Part shown: one piece after another, positions 62,828 through 64,000 of the stretch
Layout of the letters: the number at the start of each line of letters is the position of its first letter
Numbering within the stretch: the first letter of the stretch is position 1
NCBI GenBank assembly: GCA_019247845.1
Contig: JAFBAL010000029.1
Coordinates: 1,215-65,214, forward strand
Direction of reading: 5' to 3'
Origin: Alphaproteobacteria bacterium
GTDB lineage: Bacteria; Pseudomonadota; Alphaproteobacteria; Micropepsales; Micropepsaceae
DNA: 64,000 nt
Program-made: the position numbers and the translations under genes
Notes under the pieces: generated by a model
Database searches by the model: none
What the model was told of the DNA's origin: nothing
The model's input: the letters and a program-made list of their open reading frames with translations, nothing else

Positions 62828-64000
62828 CTATTTACTCGAATTCGGCCAGGCGAAGCGCGGATCGCGATAGACCGGTTCGCCGTCCAAGAGCGTCAGCAGC
62901 ACATGCGCCTCGTGCAGCGCGGCCGGCTTCGTCTTGAAGAGGTTGCGGTCGAGCACCACCAGGTCGGCGGCCTTGCCGGCCTCGAGCGTGCCGTCGATCG
63001 GGTCTTCGCGCGCGGCCCAGGCCGCGTCTCTCGTATAGGCGGCGAGGACCGCCGCGAGGCCGACGCGCTCCTGCGGCTGACGCGCGGGCTTGCTCGAATC
63101 GAGCGGCTGGCGCGTCACCGCGACCTGGATGGCATCGAGCGGATTCATCGACGGCGACGGCCAGTCGCTGCTGGCGATGATCCGCCCTCCCGCGGCCGCG
63201 ACGCTCGCCATCGGATACATCCAGCGCGCGCGCTTCGGTCCCAGCACCGCTTGCGCCGGCATGAACGCGGGATCGCCGGCGGAGAACCACATCGGCGTGA
63301 AGTTGGCGGCGATCCCGAGCCGTCCAAACCGCGCAATGTCGGCGGGATCTGCGACACCGATATGGGCGAGCTGATCGCGCCTGTCGCGCGGACCGTTCGC
63401 CTGGGCGGCCAGCTCGAGCGCGTCGAGGCCCGCGCGCACCGACCGGTCGCCCATCACGTGCATGTGGATCAGGAATCCTTCGGCATCGAGCCGGCGCACG
63501 ACGGCGTCGAGCGCGTCCGGCTGCATGTACAGATCGCCGCGCGCGCCCGGCGTGTCTTCATAGGGCTCCAGCAGCGCGGCGGTGTGCATGTCGATCTCGC
63601 CGTCGAGGAATATCTTGGCCGCATCCGCACGGAAGCGCCGCCCGGCCACGCGGTCGCGGCGGGCGACCATCTCGTCCACCTGTTCGGGGCCGCGCGCCGG
63701 ATCGATGCTCTGGGCCGCGACCACGCGCAGGGTCAGCTCGCCGGCCAGATCCGCGGCGCGATAGGCATCGACGATCTGCTCTGCGGCATCGGCGTCGAAC
63801 ACCGAGGTGATGCCGAAGCGATTGGCCATCGCCGTCGACCGCCGCAGAGCTTCGCGATATTCGGCCTCGGTCGGTTTGGGGAGGACGCGCCGCAGCCGAT
63901 CGACCGCGCCGTCCTTGAGCTTGCCGGTAGGTTCATGGGTCTTCGGATCGCGCTCGATCCCCGCTGTGTCGGGCCCCTTCGCATCGATTCCGGCAATCTT
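62828..64000 (-). CDS. Amidohydrolase 3 (YtcJ-like), 5' end outside the window
   Basis: Frame is open to the window edge (GIERDPKTHEPTGKL); KIFLDG, HMHVMGD, QLAH, SSDWP, GTLEAGK.ADLVVLD. Confidence 0.92.
   Translation of the reverse strand, partial: KIAGIDAKGPDTAGIERDPKTHEPTGKLKDGAVDRLRRVLPKPTEAEYREALRRSTAMANRFGITSVFDADAAEQIVDAYRAADLAGELTLRVVAAQSIDPARGPEQVDEMVARRDRVAGRRFRADAAKIFLDGEIDMHTAALLEPYEDTPGARGDLYMQPDALDAVVRRLDAEGFLIHMHVMGDRSVRAGLDALELAAQANGPRDRRDQLAHIGVADPADIARFGRLGIAANFTPMWFSAGDPAFMPAQAVLGPKRARWMYPMASVAAAGGRIIASSDWPSPSMNPLDAIQVAVTRQPLDSSKPARQPQERVGLAAVLAAYTRDAAWAAREDPIDGTLEAGKAADLVVLDRNLFKTKPAALHEAHVLLTLLDGEPVYRDPRFAWPNSSK

Overview
GC-rich alphaproteobacterial chromosome segment. 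CtrA boxes, fliX, a DUF4908-like gene and a large NAD-glutamate dehydrogenase suggest a Caulobacterales/Micropepsales-like organism (inference). The housekeeping backbone is the pdhA(3' end)-pdhB-pdhC-lpdA operon with inserted small genes, a copper/cytochrome c oxidase assembly trio (SCO, CtaG, PCuAC), rplU-rpmA-GNAT-obgE-nadD-rsfS-rlmH, fliX, sucC//sucD//sucA-sucB, and a right-hand part with rhomboid, PAS, GMC oxidoreductase, tandem PilZ, a Phd/RelE-ParE toxin-antitoxin pair, thioesterase, SDR, NAD-GDH, exonuclease, cupin and a partial amidohydrolase. Four things stand out. (1) A cassette of three exported-protein genes splits sucC from sucD. One has a Sec signal peptide plus a C-terminus I recognise as resembling the Bordetella T3SS tip-filament protein Bsp22, and its upstream neighbour is a paralog that stops where that motif begins. 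No T3SS genes are in the window. (2) A ~19 kb glycan-decoration island (8.65-27.8 kb) has ten sulfotransferase-fold genes with an intact PAPS-binding loop, one degenerate copy, three glycosyltransferases, a methyltransferase and a truncated prepilin peptidase, but no export or PAPS-synthesis genes. (3) A secreted Gly-rich, (N-I/L-N-I/L-N-K)n, Cys-rich protein has amyloid-like features. (4) Two perfect and one near-perfect CtrA boxes are present. No rRNA, tRNA, CRISPR array, transposase or integrase was recognised. All family assignments come from reading motifs by eye; no database search was run.
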